DNA of 32,000 nucleotides, from NCBI GenBank assembly GCA_030149205.1, contig JASBSB010000001.1:270001-302000 (forward strand). The letters run 5' to 3'. A program made the position numbers and the translations under genes. Numbering within the stretch: the first letter of the stretch is position 1; each line of letters starts with the position of its first letter. The stretch comes from Candidatus Heimdallarchaeota archaeon (GTDB lineage: Archaea > Asgardarchaeota > Heimdallarchaeia > Heimdallarchaeales > Kariarchaeaceae). This document shows, piece after piece, positions 23,655 through 32,000 of the stretch. The notes under the pieces are model-generated. The model had not been told where the DNA came from. It searched no databases and worked only from the letters and a program-made list of their open reading frames with translations.

Positions 23655-25022
23655 ATTAGTAATGCTAGCATTCTAAAGGAAATTATTGACGATAATGAAA
23701 CTAAAATATTTACACTCTTTGATGTAGAGAAAGGAAGACTTTCAATTGAGGAAAGACAGGGTGATAGGAGTGTATTTTTAGAAGTTAAAGTATTTACAGC
23801 TGATGCGAGACTCAAGGGTATTCTTTGGTTTTTTGGAGATAATAGAGCTTATATTGAAGACATTAGAAACCTAAAGGCTAGAAAAGAGAGTCAGAAAGTA
23901 GATATGATTCTGATAGCTAAGGGAGGAACTACGGCAGCTGGGAGTAAAATTCTAAAAGCTTCGAAGGTTAAGTTAATCAAAGACCTAGACACTGTCAAAA
24001 AGAAGAGTTCGAAAAAATCAAAAACCAGCAAGAAAAAATCAGGAGAAAAAAGTAACCTCCAAGTTGAAGAAGATTTTCTCGATGAGATTCCCAAATCAGA
24101 TTTAATTGAAAAGGGAATGAACCTTGTCAAAACTAGAGAACCTGAAAGCATTAAAGTGACAAAAGTTAAGGATTATGAAGAAGCGTTTGATGTTAAGGGA
24201 TTTTCTTCAACAGCTGATTTATTAATTGTATACAGGACCATCGAAAAAAACCCAGTAGGAGTAAAGGAAATTAGAAAATTCCAATCGTATCTTGAGGAGC
24301 ACGAAAATGTAGCTGCCGGGATCATTGTACCAGACAAATTTACAACTGCAGCTAAAAGAGATGGACAAAAAGCAAAGATTACCCTGATCTCTTTAAAAGA
24401 GGAGAAAGAAACAGCAATTTCTCCAGAAATTGAGTACTTGACAGAACGGTTGATTAGAGGAGCAATTGAAATTCTAAAGTACCGAGGATACAAAATTTTA
24501 CCTGAAAAAAATAAGGCATATGACCCATTAAGAGCAGGAAGCGAAAAACTGGGTAAATACATTATCGCTGAGGAAAGTTCAGAAAAAACATTAGTGCTAG
24601 TACCCCAAGATGAAGTTGTTAGAGTTGCTACGGTCCGAACCATGAAGGAACAGATGGATCACCTAGGTATCTCTTCTGGTATACTCATCCCCATCAAAAG
24701 ATTCACGTATACTGCAGATAGAGAATGTCAACTCTCTGGAATCGTCCCCTTACGTAAAAATCACCCAGTATTTAACATCTTCAACAATGGCCTCGTTCCA
24801 GAACATGTAATTCTTGATAAAAAAGCAACAAGAGAGGTTTTAAAGAAGTTCCATAGTAAAATTCACCAAATCCCAAAAATATTTGATCGAGATCCAGCTG
24901 TATCCATGTTGGGTGCAAAAGAAGGTGACTTGTTAGAAATTAGGAGAGGGATAGATTCAAAATCCTATCGTATAGTTATTCCAACACCAGGTGTTGATAG
25001 AGTAGAGACGGACGAAGATTAA
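23655..25022 (+). CDS. rpo5: RNA polymerase subunit Rpo5/Rpb5-like protein with an Rpb5 jaw domain and two extra restriction-endonuclease-fold domains
   Basis: C-terminal assembly domain (GLVPEHVIL...IPKIFDRDPAVSMLGAKEGDLLEIRR..SYRIV); Rpb5-N signature RLIRGAIEILKYRGY. Frame is open from 23655 (previous in-frame TAG 23652-23654); ORF track start ATG 23904 cuts the first domain. Confidence 0.75.
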   Translation: MSNASILKEIIDDNETKIFTLFDVEKGRLSIEERQGDRSVFLEVKVFTADARLKGILWFFGDNRAYIEDIRNLKARKESQKVDMILIAKGGTTAAGSKILKASKVKLIKDLDTVKKKSSKKSKTSKKKSGEKSNLQVEEDFLDEIPKSDLIEKGMNLVKTREPESIKVTKVKDYEEAFDVKGFSSTADLLIVYRTIEKNPVGVKEIRKFQSYLEEHENVAAGIIVPDKFTTAAKRDGQKAKITLISLKEEKETAISPEIEYLTERLIRGAIEILKYRGYKILPEKNKAYDPLRAGSEKLGKYIIAEESSEKTLVLVPQDEVVRVATVRTMKEQMDHLGISSGILIPIKRFTYTADRECQLSGIVPLRKNHPVFNIFNNGLVPEHVILDKKATREVLKKFHSKIHQIPKIFDRDPAVSMLGAKEGDLLEIRRGIDSKSYRIVIPTPGVDRVETDED

Positions 25023-26533
25023 ACGATTATTGAATTTGATTCCATTTCTATTGGCTTATCCAACCCCACTAATTCAAGTAGAGTGGGTGAAACGTTCGAC
25101 AAACCTTCGTGTTCCTTTAATTTGATAGCATTGTTATGGTTGAATATAATGAAGGGAACTGGATTTGTTGTATGAGCAGTGTGTGGTTTCCCATTTTCTA
25201 ACATCTTCTCTGCATTTCCATGATCTGCCGTCAGAAGAAATTTATAATCGTTTTTAATACACGCATCAACCACTTTCCCAATAACTTCATCAGTAATTTC
25301 AACAGCTTTAACAGTTGCATCAAAGTTTCCTGTATGACCTACCATATCGGGTGCTGCCACATTAAATACGATAAAATGATACATACCGTTCTCAATTGAC
25401 TCAATAACTTTTTCTCCAATCTGTCTGGTTGACATTTCTGGTACTAAATCATAAGTTGGTACATCTCGACGACTTGGGATTAGTATACGATCTTCGAGTG
25501 GAAAAGGTTCTTCTTTTCCCCCGTTAAAGAAGTATGTAACATGCGCATATTTTTCAGTTTCCGCTATATGGATTTGTTTAAGGTTAGAGGAGGAGAAAAC
25601 CTCAGCAATTGGATTCTTAACATTTGCTGAGGGAAACAGAATATGGACGGGAAGCCCTTGCTCATATTCTGTCATTGTTGCAAAAAACAGGTTGGAAATT
25701 TTTATTACATCAAACTTATCTGGTAGCACAAACAGTTTTGTTAACTGTCTGGCTCGATCGGGTCTAAAATTAAAGAATATGACACCATCACCATTTGAGA
25801 CTGTCCCATCTAAATCGCATAGTATTGGTTTAAGAAATTCGTCTGTTTCTCCCTCTTGATATCTATTATTGATCTCATCGACACAATTTTCAATAACACT
25901 GGTTCTTTTTGAAGTTAGCATAGAATATGCCAGTTTGGTTCGTTCCCATCGAGTGTCTCTATCCATAGCATAAAACCTACCAACTATATCTGAAAGATAC
26001 ACGTCCTTGAGGGAGGAGGTAAATTCTAATAATTCAGAAATATAGATCACAGCACTTGTAGGAGGGACATCTCGCCCATCAGTAAATGCGTGGATAAAGA
26101 TTTTGTTTGGACAATTCTGTCTTGCAAATTTGACCAAAAACTTAAGGTGGTTAATGTGACTATGTACCCCTCCATCACTTACCAAGCCGAAGAAATGGAG
26201 ATTACCACCTGATTGTTTAACATGCTCTATTGATTGGGTTAAAGCTGTATTAGTTTTGATTTTTCCTGATTTGATGCTTTGATTAATTTTTTCATAACTC
26301 TGAAATTCAATTCGTCCAGCTCCCATAGTAAGATGACCAACTTCACTGTTTCCCATAACCCCATTGGGAAGGCCAACTGAATTACCGGATGCTGATAATT
26401 CTGTAAAAAGGCTATCATTAACAAGTCGATCATAATTCGGAGTTTTTGCATGATAAATCGCGTTTCCTTCTATCTCTTTGCTGATACCAAACCCGTCAAT
26501 AATCATTAAAACAGCTTTTTGAACACTTTTCAT
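25019..26533 (-). CDS. gpmI: 2,3-bisphosphoglycerate-independent phosphoglycerate mutase (bacterial-type iPGM)
   Basis: IIDGFG, GVMGNSEVGHLTMGAGR (catalytic Ser), SDGGVHSH, DGRDV, GRFYAMDRD, NFRPDR, AETEKYAHVT, PDMVGHTG, TADHGNAE, HTAHT. Confidence 0.97.
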   Translation of the reverse strand: MKSVQKAVLMIIDGFGISKEIEGNAIYHAKTPNYDRLVNDSLFTELSASGNSVGLPNGVMGNSEVGHLTMGAGRIEFQSYEKINQSIKSGKIKTNTALTQSIEHVKQSGGNLHFFGLVSDGGVHSHINHLKFLVKFARQNCPNKIFIHAFTDGRDVPPTSAVIYISELLEFTSSLKDVYLSDIVGRFYAMDRDTRWERTKLAYSMLTSKRTSVIENCVDEINNRYQEGETDEFLKPILCDLDGTVSNGDGVIFFNFRPDRARQLTKLFVLPDKFDVIKISNLFFATMTEYEQGLPVHILFPSANVKNPIAEVFSSSNLKQIHIAETEKYAHVTYFFNGGKEEPFPLEDRILIPSRRDVPTYDLVPEMSTRQIGEKVIESIENGMYHFIVFNVAAPDMVGHTGNFDATVKAVEITDEVIGKVVDACIKNDYKFLLTADHGNAEKMLENGKPHTAHTTNPVPFIIFNHNNAIKLKEHEGLSNVSPTLLELVGLDKPIEMESNSIIV

Positions 26534-26591
26534 AGGTTAAATTCAGTTGGATTTTATTAACAAAGCAGAATGAGGCAAAGCAAAATGAATG

Positions 26592-27188
26592 TTATTCCAA
26601 GAATTCTGAACGATTAATCTCTTCAACGCTCCAGGCACCCTCAATATAATTGAATGATGTAACAGAACAATTTTTTATCTTGGTTGTGTTAACAACTTCT
26701 TCAAGATTTTGTTGAAGAACATATGCTAAAAACGAGCGTATAACACCACCATGAGCTATTATGCATATATTTTGGGTTTCTTGTGTTCGATTGACTAGCA
26801 AATTCACCTTATCAACTACTCGTTTTTGAACCTCCCAAATCTGTTCACCTTTATGATCAAAAAGTTTCTTCAAAGAGGTCAACGATTTCACCTCAGTTGA
26901 GCTGTGATATAGCTTTTTTCCTTCTAACAAACCACCAAAAGCTTCCCTAAGAGAATCACTATATGTCACTGGGACAGATCTGTGGTTTTCCATTATGATG
27001 TCCGCAGTTTGCACACAACGAGTAAGGTCTGATGAATAAAAAGCATCAAATTCAAAATCTTTTAAAAATTTTGAACACTTAGTGGCTTCTTCCATCCCCT
27101 TCTTGTTTATTGGTATGTCTTGATGTCCTTGAAGTATCCTTCTTTGGTTCCAATCTGTGGATGCATGTCTTACAAAGAGGATCTTCAT
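26592..27188 (-). CDS. Histidine phosphatase family protein (PhoE/GpmB-like)
   Basis: FVRHASTDWN, QGHQDIP, YSSDLTRCVQTA, LRE, IIAHGGVIR, NCSVT. Confidence 0.92.
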   Translation of the reverse strand: MKILFVRHASTDWNQRRILQGHQDIPINKKGMEEATKCSKFLKDFEFDAFYSSDLTRCVQTADIIMENHRSVPVTYSDSLREAFGGLLEGKKLYHSSTEVKSLTSLKKLFDHKGEQIWEVQKRVVDKVNLLVNRTQETQNICIIAHGGVIRSFLAYVLQQNLEEVVNTTKIKNCSVTSFNYIEGAWSVEEINRSEFLE

Positions 27189-27323
27189 TGATGCAAATAA
27201 GTTTATAGGTTTAAATTAATTCACCTACTTTGGTTGAATTTGTGATCACATTTACAACAAGTCTATTCAACTCAGATAGATAAACTCTGAATATTTTTAA
27301 ACTAAAAGAATAATCCTACACTA

Positions 27324-27686
27324 ATGGAAGGCGATACAAGTGGGAAACTCCCAAAGCACATTGAAGAAACATTAAGGTTAATTGGTAGAAAATGGGCAAT
27401 CCCCGTGTTGCATGAATTAACCCATTCACCACTTACATTTGGAGAACTGAAAAATAAGATACCAGGGATCTCAGCTTCTGTTCTTTCAGGATTATTATCT
27501 GATTTTCAAGTCCATGGTGTTTTGGAGAAAAAAACCGTGAATCCCCCCCATCATACTTACTTTATTGGTGATTTTGGAATGGTATTTTGCGATATTATCG
27601 AACGGATAGATGAATTTGGTAAACAGTTACTCGAAATTTATCCTGCTGTAAAAAGTACCAACATTTCGGAAGCACATTTTGACTAA
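27324..27686 (+). CDS. HxlR-family winged-helix transcriptional regulator
   Basis: LRLIGRKWAIPVLHEL...FGELKNKIPGISASVLSGLL...GVLEKK...PP...Y. Confidence 0.9.
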   Translation: MEGDTSGKLPKHIEETLRLIGRKWAIPVLHELTHSPLTFGELKNKIPGISASVLSGLLSDFQVHGVLEKKTVNPPHHTYFIGDFGMVFCDIIERIDEFGKQLLEIYPAVKSTNISEAHFD

Positions 27687-27956
27687 TTAATTTGTAGGTC
27701 TAAGGTTCAACATAGAATTTATTTGATTCTTGGATTCCTCATTAATATATTTAAGTTGAAAACAATCATCAATTAGCTTGGTTAAAAATTCTAGGGGTTG
27801 AACTACCTGTAAAAGGATGTCAACTTTTTCTCGTATTTTTAGAGTTTCTTGATTTATTGTGTTCTTTACGATTGTTAAAAAGACTAGTTCCTCAGATAAA
27901 TTTTGAACTGCTCCTTCTCTTTCTTCTGCCATTTTCGTAAATGGATTATCCTTCAT
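27687..27956 (-). CDS. Small hypothetical helical protein
   Basis: 89-aa ORF with a TTTAAA element about 25 bp upstream; no competing frame. Confidence 0.6.
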   Translation of the reverse strand: MKDNPFTKMAEEREGAVQNLSEELVFLTIVKNTINQETLKIREKVDILLQVVQPLEFLTKLIDDCFQLKYINEESKNQINSMLNLRPTN

Positions 27957-28150
27957 TTATAAAAAAAATAAAAGACTAATGTTTAAATAGCTTTCCTGAT
28001 AAAAAAAAATTTTAGTTAATTACTTAATATTGAAATTTGAATTTGTTTATGAATTGACACTTTGCCATCATTCTAAAATGAACATTATCCCTATGAAATC
28101 AATACAAGCCCTAAGTGAAAATTCTTAAAGATTAGGCTGTCCCAGCTATT

Positions 28151-29440
28151 ATGAAAATTAGTATTGAAGAATATAAAAGAAGAAGAAATCAAGTTTTGCA
28201 AACTATGAAAAATGGAATCCTAGTGATTCCATCGTTACCAGAATCAACGATGAGCAATGATGTTAATTTTGTGTACCGACAAAATTCGGATATTCTGTAT
28301 CTTTGTGGTTTTGAAGAGCCGAACACAACATTGGTCTTGAAAAAGGGAGAAGACAAAAATGAGTTCATTCTTTTTGTTCCAAAAAGGGACAAATTGTTTG
28401 AAACATGGAATGGAAGAAGAGAGGGTACTGTAGGTGCAAAAGAAAAATTTTTTGCAGATGAAGCCTTTGAGAACAGTGAATTGAAAAATAAACTTAGTGA
28501 TTGGTTTACGGAAACTGAATGTTTGTATTTTCCCTTCAAATTTAATCAAAGTATTGACGAGGTCATTTTAAATTCAATATCAGAAGCGAAGAGACAAAGA
28601 AAGTTGTACCCTGTTGAGATTATCAATCCTTTACCAATCATTCATAAGATGAGAGCCATAAAAAGCTCAGAAGAGATTGAACTACTTAAAAAAGGGTCTA
28701 AGATATCAATTGAAGCCCACTTAACAGCTATGAAAAATACCAAAAATTCAAAATTTGAATATGAGGTAGAGGCATATTACGACTTTACTTTCAAAAAATA
28801 TGGATCTAAGAGGGCTGCATACCCCCATATAGTTGGAGGCGGAGAAAACGCTACTATCCTTCATTATATCACTAATGACTCTAAATTGAATGATGGGGAG
28901 CTTTTACTAGTAGATGCAGGTTGTGAATATGGAAACTATGCCACAGATATTACCAGAACTTGGCCAATAAATGGAAGGTTTTCTGACGTGCAAAAAGAAG
29001 TATATGATATCGTATTACAAGTACAGAATGAATGTATCAAAATGATTAAACCTGGGGTAAGTTTTCAAAGTTTAACTGACCATGCAATTAAAAAAATTAC
29101 TGAGGGCTTAATTAAACTAAATTTGTTAGAAGGTGAGGTTAAAGATAATGTTAAAGAAAAAACATACAGACGGTTTTTTATGCATGGGCTAGGTCATTGG
29201 ATGGGGATTGATGTTCATGACAGCCCATTTTATAACCTACAAGACAAGACCTTAGAAGAAGGAATGGTTATAACTGTTGAGCCCGGCATATATATCCCAG
29301 TTGAGGATGATATTCCTGAAAGACTCAGAGGTATTGGAATTAGAATTGAGGATGATATCGTTGTGACAAAAAATGGAAATGTTAACCTGACTGCAGAATT
29401 ACCCAAAACAATTGAAGAAATAGAGAAAATTATGGAATAG
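28151..29440 (+). CDS. pepP: Xaa-Pro aminopeptidase (aminopeptidase P, bacterial type with AMP_N domain)
   Basis: YRQNSDILYLCGFEEP, LHY, DAGCEYGNYATDITR, HGLGHWMGIDVHD, TVEPGIY, GIRIEDD. Confidence 0.96.
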   Translation: MKISIEEYKRRRNQVLQTMKNGILVIPSLPESTMSNDVNFVYRQNSDILYLCGFEEPNTTLVLKKGEDKNEFILFVPKRDKLFETWNGRREGTVGAKEKFFADEAFENSELKNKLSDWFTETECLYFPFKFNQSIDEVILNSISEAKRQRKLYPVEIINPLPIIHKMRAIKSSEEIELLKKGSKISIEAHLTAMKNTKNSKFEYEVEAYYDFTFKKYGSKRAAYPHIVGGGENATILHYITNDSKLNDGELLLVDAGCEYGNYATDITRTWPINGRFSDVQKEVYDIVLQVQNECIKMIKPGVSFQSLTDHAIKKITEGLIKLNLLEGEVKDNVKEKTYRRFFMHGLGHWMGIDVHDSPFYNLQDKTLEEGMVITVEPGIYIPVEDDIPERLRGIGIRIEDDIVVTKNGNVNLTAELPKTIEEIEKIME

Positions 29441-29494
29441 ATTGGTAAATCCCTTGAGAACCTTAATTAATCAAGAAAACGTTATAGAATTGCA

Positions 29495-30241
29495 ATGAGT
29501 GGAATGGATACGATCAAGTTTAATGCAGTCTGTAGCAGATGTAAGGAAACTGTCCCAATAGCCTATTCCCCTCCTGAAAAAGTATCTAAATCCAACAGTT
29601 TTAACATCCCAATGCCAACAGTTAAACCTACTTACTCAGTGAGCGTCCCACACAAAAGGTACATGTTAACTCTAGAGTTTGATGAAAATGGTAATTTATT
29701 CAACCAGACATTGGTTGACAGAATTGACTTAAGTATAGATTCTCTGGTTTCAAGAGACGTTGATATTCTAAACAAAAGTTTGTTTTCCCCCAATAACAAG
29801 TTTAATACAGCTTTCTTATTTTATACTAATTCTAAAGAATTAAAAGAGCTAGTAAAGGCGATTATTAGCATACTACTTGATTTATTAGATAGAAATAAAA
29901 ATTTTAAATTACAATTCAATAGTAATGAATTGATTTTTACCACTGAAAAATTCTCGTTATACTTAGGAACGGACCTAAAAAAGGTAAATAAAATACGAAG
30001 AAGCATTAATTTCTTAATAATTGAACAATCCCAAAGTGATATCAACAAAATAAAATTATCCTCTGACGATAACACTGTCCTGATTTCAAATACAAACAAT
30101 CCATCCTACTTAGAACAGCTAGATCATGATATTTTAGATAAGCTAAAACCAATTCTAATCTTCCATGCAACTACACTAAATGAATATGAGAAGGTTCTAT
30201 ATGAGACCTTTTTCTTAATGTCTCAAATTTTTGAGGTATAA
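29495..30241 (+). CDS. Hypothetical protein: N-terminal CxxC/His module plus alpha/beta domain (DENN-core-like, tentative)
   Basis: CSRC...PH...LEFDENG N-terminus; AFLFYTNSKELKELVKAIISILL...LYLG alpha/beta pattern. Confidence 0.7.
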   Translation: MSGMDTIKFNAVCSRCKETVPIAYSPPEKVSKSNSFNIPMPTVKPTYSVSVPHKRYMLTLEFDENGNLFNQTLVDRIDLSIDSLVSRDVDILNKSLFSPNNKFNTAFLFYTNSKELKELVKAIISILLDLLDRNKNFKLQFNSNELIFTTEKFSLYLGTDLKKVNKIRRSINFLIIEQSQSDINKIKLSSDDNTVLISNTNNPSYLEQLDHDILDKLKPILIFHATTLNEYEKVLYETFFLMSQIFEV

Positions 30242-30248
30242 TTTATTA

Positions 30249-30271
30249 TTTGACCACCCATGGTGGTGAAA
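30249..30271 (+). terminator. GC-rich inverted repeat after the 29495 gene: hairpin terminator or operator
   Basis: TTTg-ACCACC-CAT-GGTGGT-gAAA, starting 7 nt after the stop and followed by a T-rich tract. Confidence 0.4.
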
Positions 30272-30466
30272 TTTTGATTTATAAAAAACAATTTTTTAAC
30301 AAATGGCTTGAAATTGATAATCTTATGATATACAAAGGTAAAATTGTAGAAATTATCATTTTACATAATAAGGCTAATATAAGATTCGTCATCTATATAA
30401 TTTATTGATTATCTTAGGATTTGTTGAACGAACAGGAATAATTTTGTTTAAGCTTGAGGGATCATC

Positions 30467-32000
30467 ATGAGAGCTGAGGATATCAACTACGATTTTCATA
30501 CGCTTACCAAGGAATCAGCACTTGAAAAATTACAAACTGATGGAAAGGGATTAAAATCGGAAGAGGTAATTGCAAGAAGAGAAGTCTTTGGATATAACGA
30601 ACTACAGCAAGAAAAGAAAGAAACGCTTCTAGGCCTGTTTGTTGATCAGTTTAAAGATATCTTGATTATAATTTTGATTATTGCAGCTGGGATAACAGCT
30701 CTTTTGAATGAACCACAAGAAGCCATTTTAATCGTAGTCATACTAATCTTGAATGCAATATTAGGGGTATATCAGGAATGGAAAGCAGACAAGGCTATTG
30801 AAGCACTTAAAAAGATGGTGACGCACAAATGTATAGTTCTGAGAGATAACGAAACAGTTGAGGTAGATTCGCATGATTTGGTACCGGGAGATGTGGTACT
30901 CCTAGAACAGGGTCTCAGAGTACCTGCCGATGGAAGACTTATAGAGGTAAATAATCTAAGAACAGAAGAAGCACAATTAACGGGAGAAAGTCTGGAAGTG
31001 CAAAAATCTAGTTTTGCAACTGTTGAAAAAGATGCGCCATTAGGAAACAGGGTGAATCTAGTTTTTATGGGAACCCATGTTACCTTTGGGAAGGGAAAAA
31101 TGCTTGTCACTTCTACTGGAATGAATACAGAGATGGGGAAAATAGCAAGAGATGTTCAGTCAATTGGCAAAGATGTCACACCCACCCAAGTTAAGTTAGA
31201 AGCCTTTGGTAACAGGTTGGGTATGGCAATTATTGCTTTAATGATATTCATGGCAGTTTATGGGATATTAATAGCAAGAATTGAACCTTTGTCCATGTTC
31301 GAAATTGCGGTAAGTCTTGCGGTTGCTGCCATTCCTGAGGGTCTTCCTATAGTAGTAACTCTAGCCCTTGCATTGGGTGTACAACGGATGTCAAAAGAGA
31401 ATGCTATAGTCAAAAAACTTCCTGCTGTTGAAAGTTTAGGATCAGTGACAATAGTATGTACAGACAAGACAGGAACTCTAACAAAAAATGAAATGACAGT
31501 CCAAGAGGTTATCCTTTTAGAAGAAAAAACTCCGATATCAATGTCTGTTGAGGAGTTAAAGGAAAGAGTACATAATGGAAAATCAACAAAAAGTCTTAGG
31601 TTTCTAGTTGATGCGTTAACACTTTGTAACAACGCAAAAATGGAGAATGGGGAAACATTTGGTGACCCAACAGAACTTGCTCTCCTTCGTTTGACTGATC
31701 AAGTTAACTTGGATAGAGAGAAAATGAATTCTGAATTCAAAAGAATTGATGAAATTCCTTTCGACAGTGAAAGAAAAAGGATGACTGTAGTTGTCCAAAA
31801 CAATACGGATCAATCAAGGATTGCTTTTACTAAAGGAGCCCCAGAAGTTTTACTCAATATGGCGAAATACATTGACCTTGGGGATGGACCACAACCCTTG
31901 ACTCAAGATCATATTAATCAAGTTCAAAACCAGATTAACACATTAACAACAAAAGCTCTAAGAGTACTAGGTTTTGGGTACTATGAGCTAGTCCAGAGTA
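30467..32000 (+). CDS. Cation-transporting P-type ATPase (type IIA Ca2+-ATPase-like), partial, runs off the right edge
   Basis: Not in ORF track. Hand translation from ATG 30467: FGYNEL, LVPGDVV, RVPADGR, LTGES, AVAAIPEGLP, phosphorylation motif CTDKTGTLTKNEM (31457-31495), FDSERKRM, KGAPE. Confidence 0.95.
   Translation, partial: MRAEDINYDFHTLTKESALEKLQTDGKGLKSEEVIARREVFGYNELQQEKKETLLGLFVDQFKDILIIILIIAAGITALLNEPQEAILIVVILILNAILGVYQEWKADKAIEALKKMVTHKCIVLRDNETVEVDSHDLVPGDVVLLEQGLRVPADGRLIEVNNLRTEEAQLTGESLEVQKSSFATVEKDAPLGNRVNLVFMGTHVTFGKGKMLVTSTGMNTEMGKIARDVQSIGKDVTPTQVKLEAFGNRLGMAIIALMIFMAVYGILIARIEPLSMFEIAVSLAVAAIPEGLPIVVTLALALGVQRMSKENAIVKKLPAVESLGSVTIVCTDKTGTLTKNEMTVQEVILLEEKTPISMSVEELKERVHNGKSTKSLRFLVDALTLCNNAKMENGETFGDPTELALLRLTDQVNLDREKMNSEFKRIDEIPFDSERKRMTVVVQNNTDQSRIAFTKGAPEVLLNMAKYIDLGDGPQPLTQDHINQVQNQINTLTTKALRVLGFGYYELVQS

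Noticed and set aside
23646-23657. GTG start at 23646 with amber readthrough at TAG 23652
   Set aside because: Would add only three residues; no pyrrolysine machinery seen in the window; the GTG is better explained as part of the GGTGAT SD motif.
23579-23815. Minus-strand 78-aa ORF from the track
   Set aside because: Antisense shadow of the N-terminal extension of rpo5, which encodes a recognisable repeat domain.
28054-28079. Bacterial sigma70 promoter (TTGACA ... TAAAAT) upstream of pepP
   Set aside because: Spacer is only 14 bp and the host appears archaeal.
1673-31813. Remaining short ORFs nested antisense or out of frame within long genes (for example 1673-1900, 3959-4267, 7334-7699, 15808-16071, 22432-22839, 24173-24643, 30772-31110, 31258-31632)
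   Set aside because: Overlap well-supported genes and show no motifs or independent start signals.
1-32000. tRNA, rRNA, CRISPR array, IS element or intein
   Set aside because: Intergenic gaps are short and AT-rich with no cloverleaf, spaced repeats or terminal inverted repeats; LonB, MutS and MutL have normal lengths with no intein-sized insertion.

Overview
Gene-dense, AT-rich (roughly one third GC by eye) archaeal chromosome segment. Membrane-type LonB, an Rpo5/Rpb5 subunit, TATA-like boxes about 25 bp before start codons and several eukaryote-like domain architectures suggest an Asgard archaeon, probably Heimdallarchaeia-like (inference). Housekeeping genes: lonB, mdh, type II NADP-idh, a CYTH protein, ggt, mutS, mutL, gpmI, a histidine phosphatase, an HxlR regulator, pepP and a partial P-type ATPase. 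I found no tRNA, rRNA, CRISPR array or intact mobile element. Three candidate novel systems stand out. (1) A HEAT - DUF2797 - mutS - mutL cluster (17540-23473, minus) in which both the GIY-YIG-like DUF2797 protein (QFSLDEWF at the C-terminus) and MutS (QGSLVDFF) carry canonical PCNA-binding PIP boxes, suggesting an extra clamp-loaded nuclease in mismatch repair. (2) A co-oriented run of unknown genes (11263-16243) ending in a catalytically dead Xer-type recombinase fused to an RHH-like segment, a Pro/Gly-rich linker, an Ena/VASP F-actin-binding-like helix and an acidic tail; a possible DNA-to-cytoskeleton linker. (3) An Rpo5 with a eukaryote-type jaw domain plus two additional jaw-like domains, whose frame opens at an ATT codon behind a GGTGAT Shine-Dalgarno motif, 83 codons upstream of the ORF-track start. 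Genes absent from the ORF track were also recovered: a partial HhH protein, a 55-aa membrane protein and the ATPase. All domain calls are by-eye motif recognition; no database searches were run.
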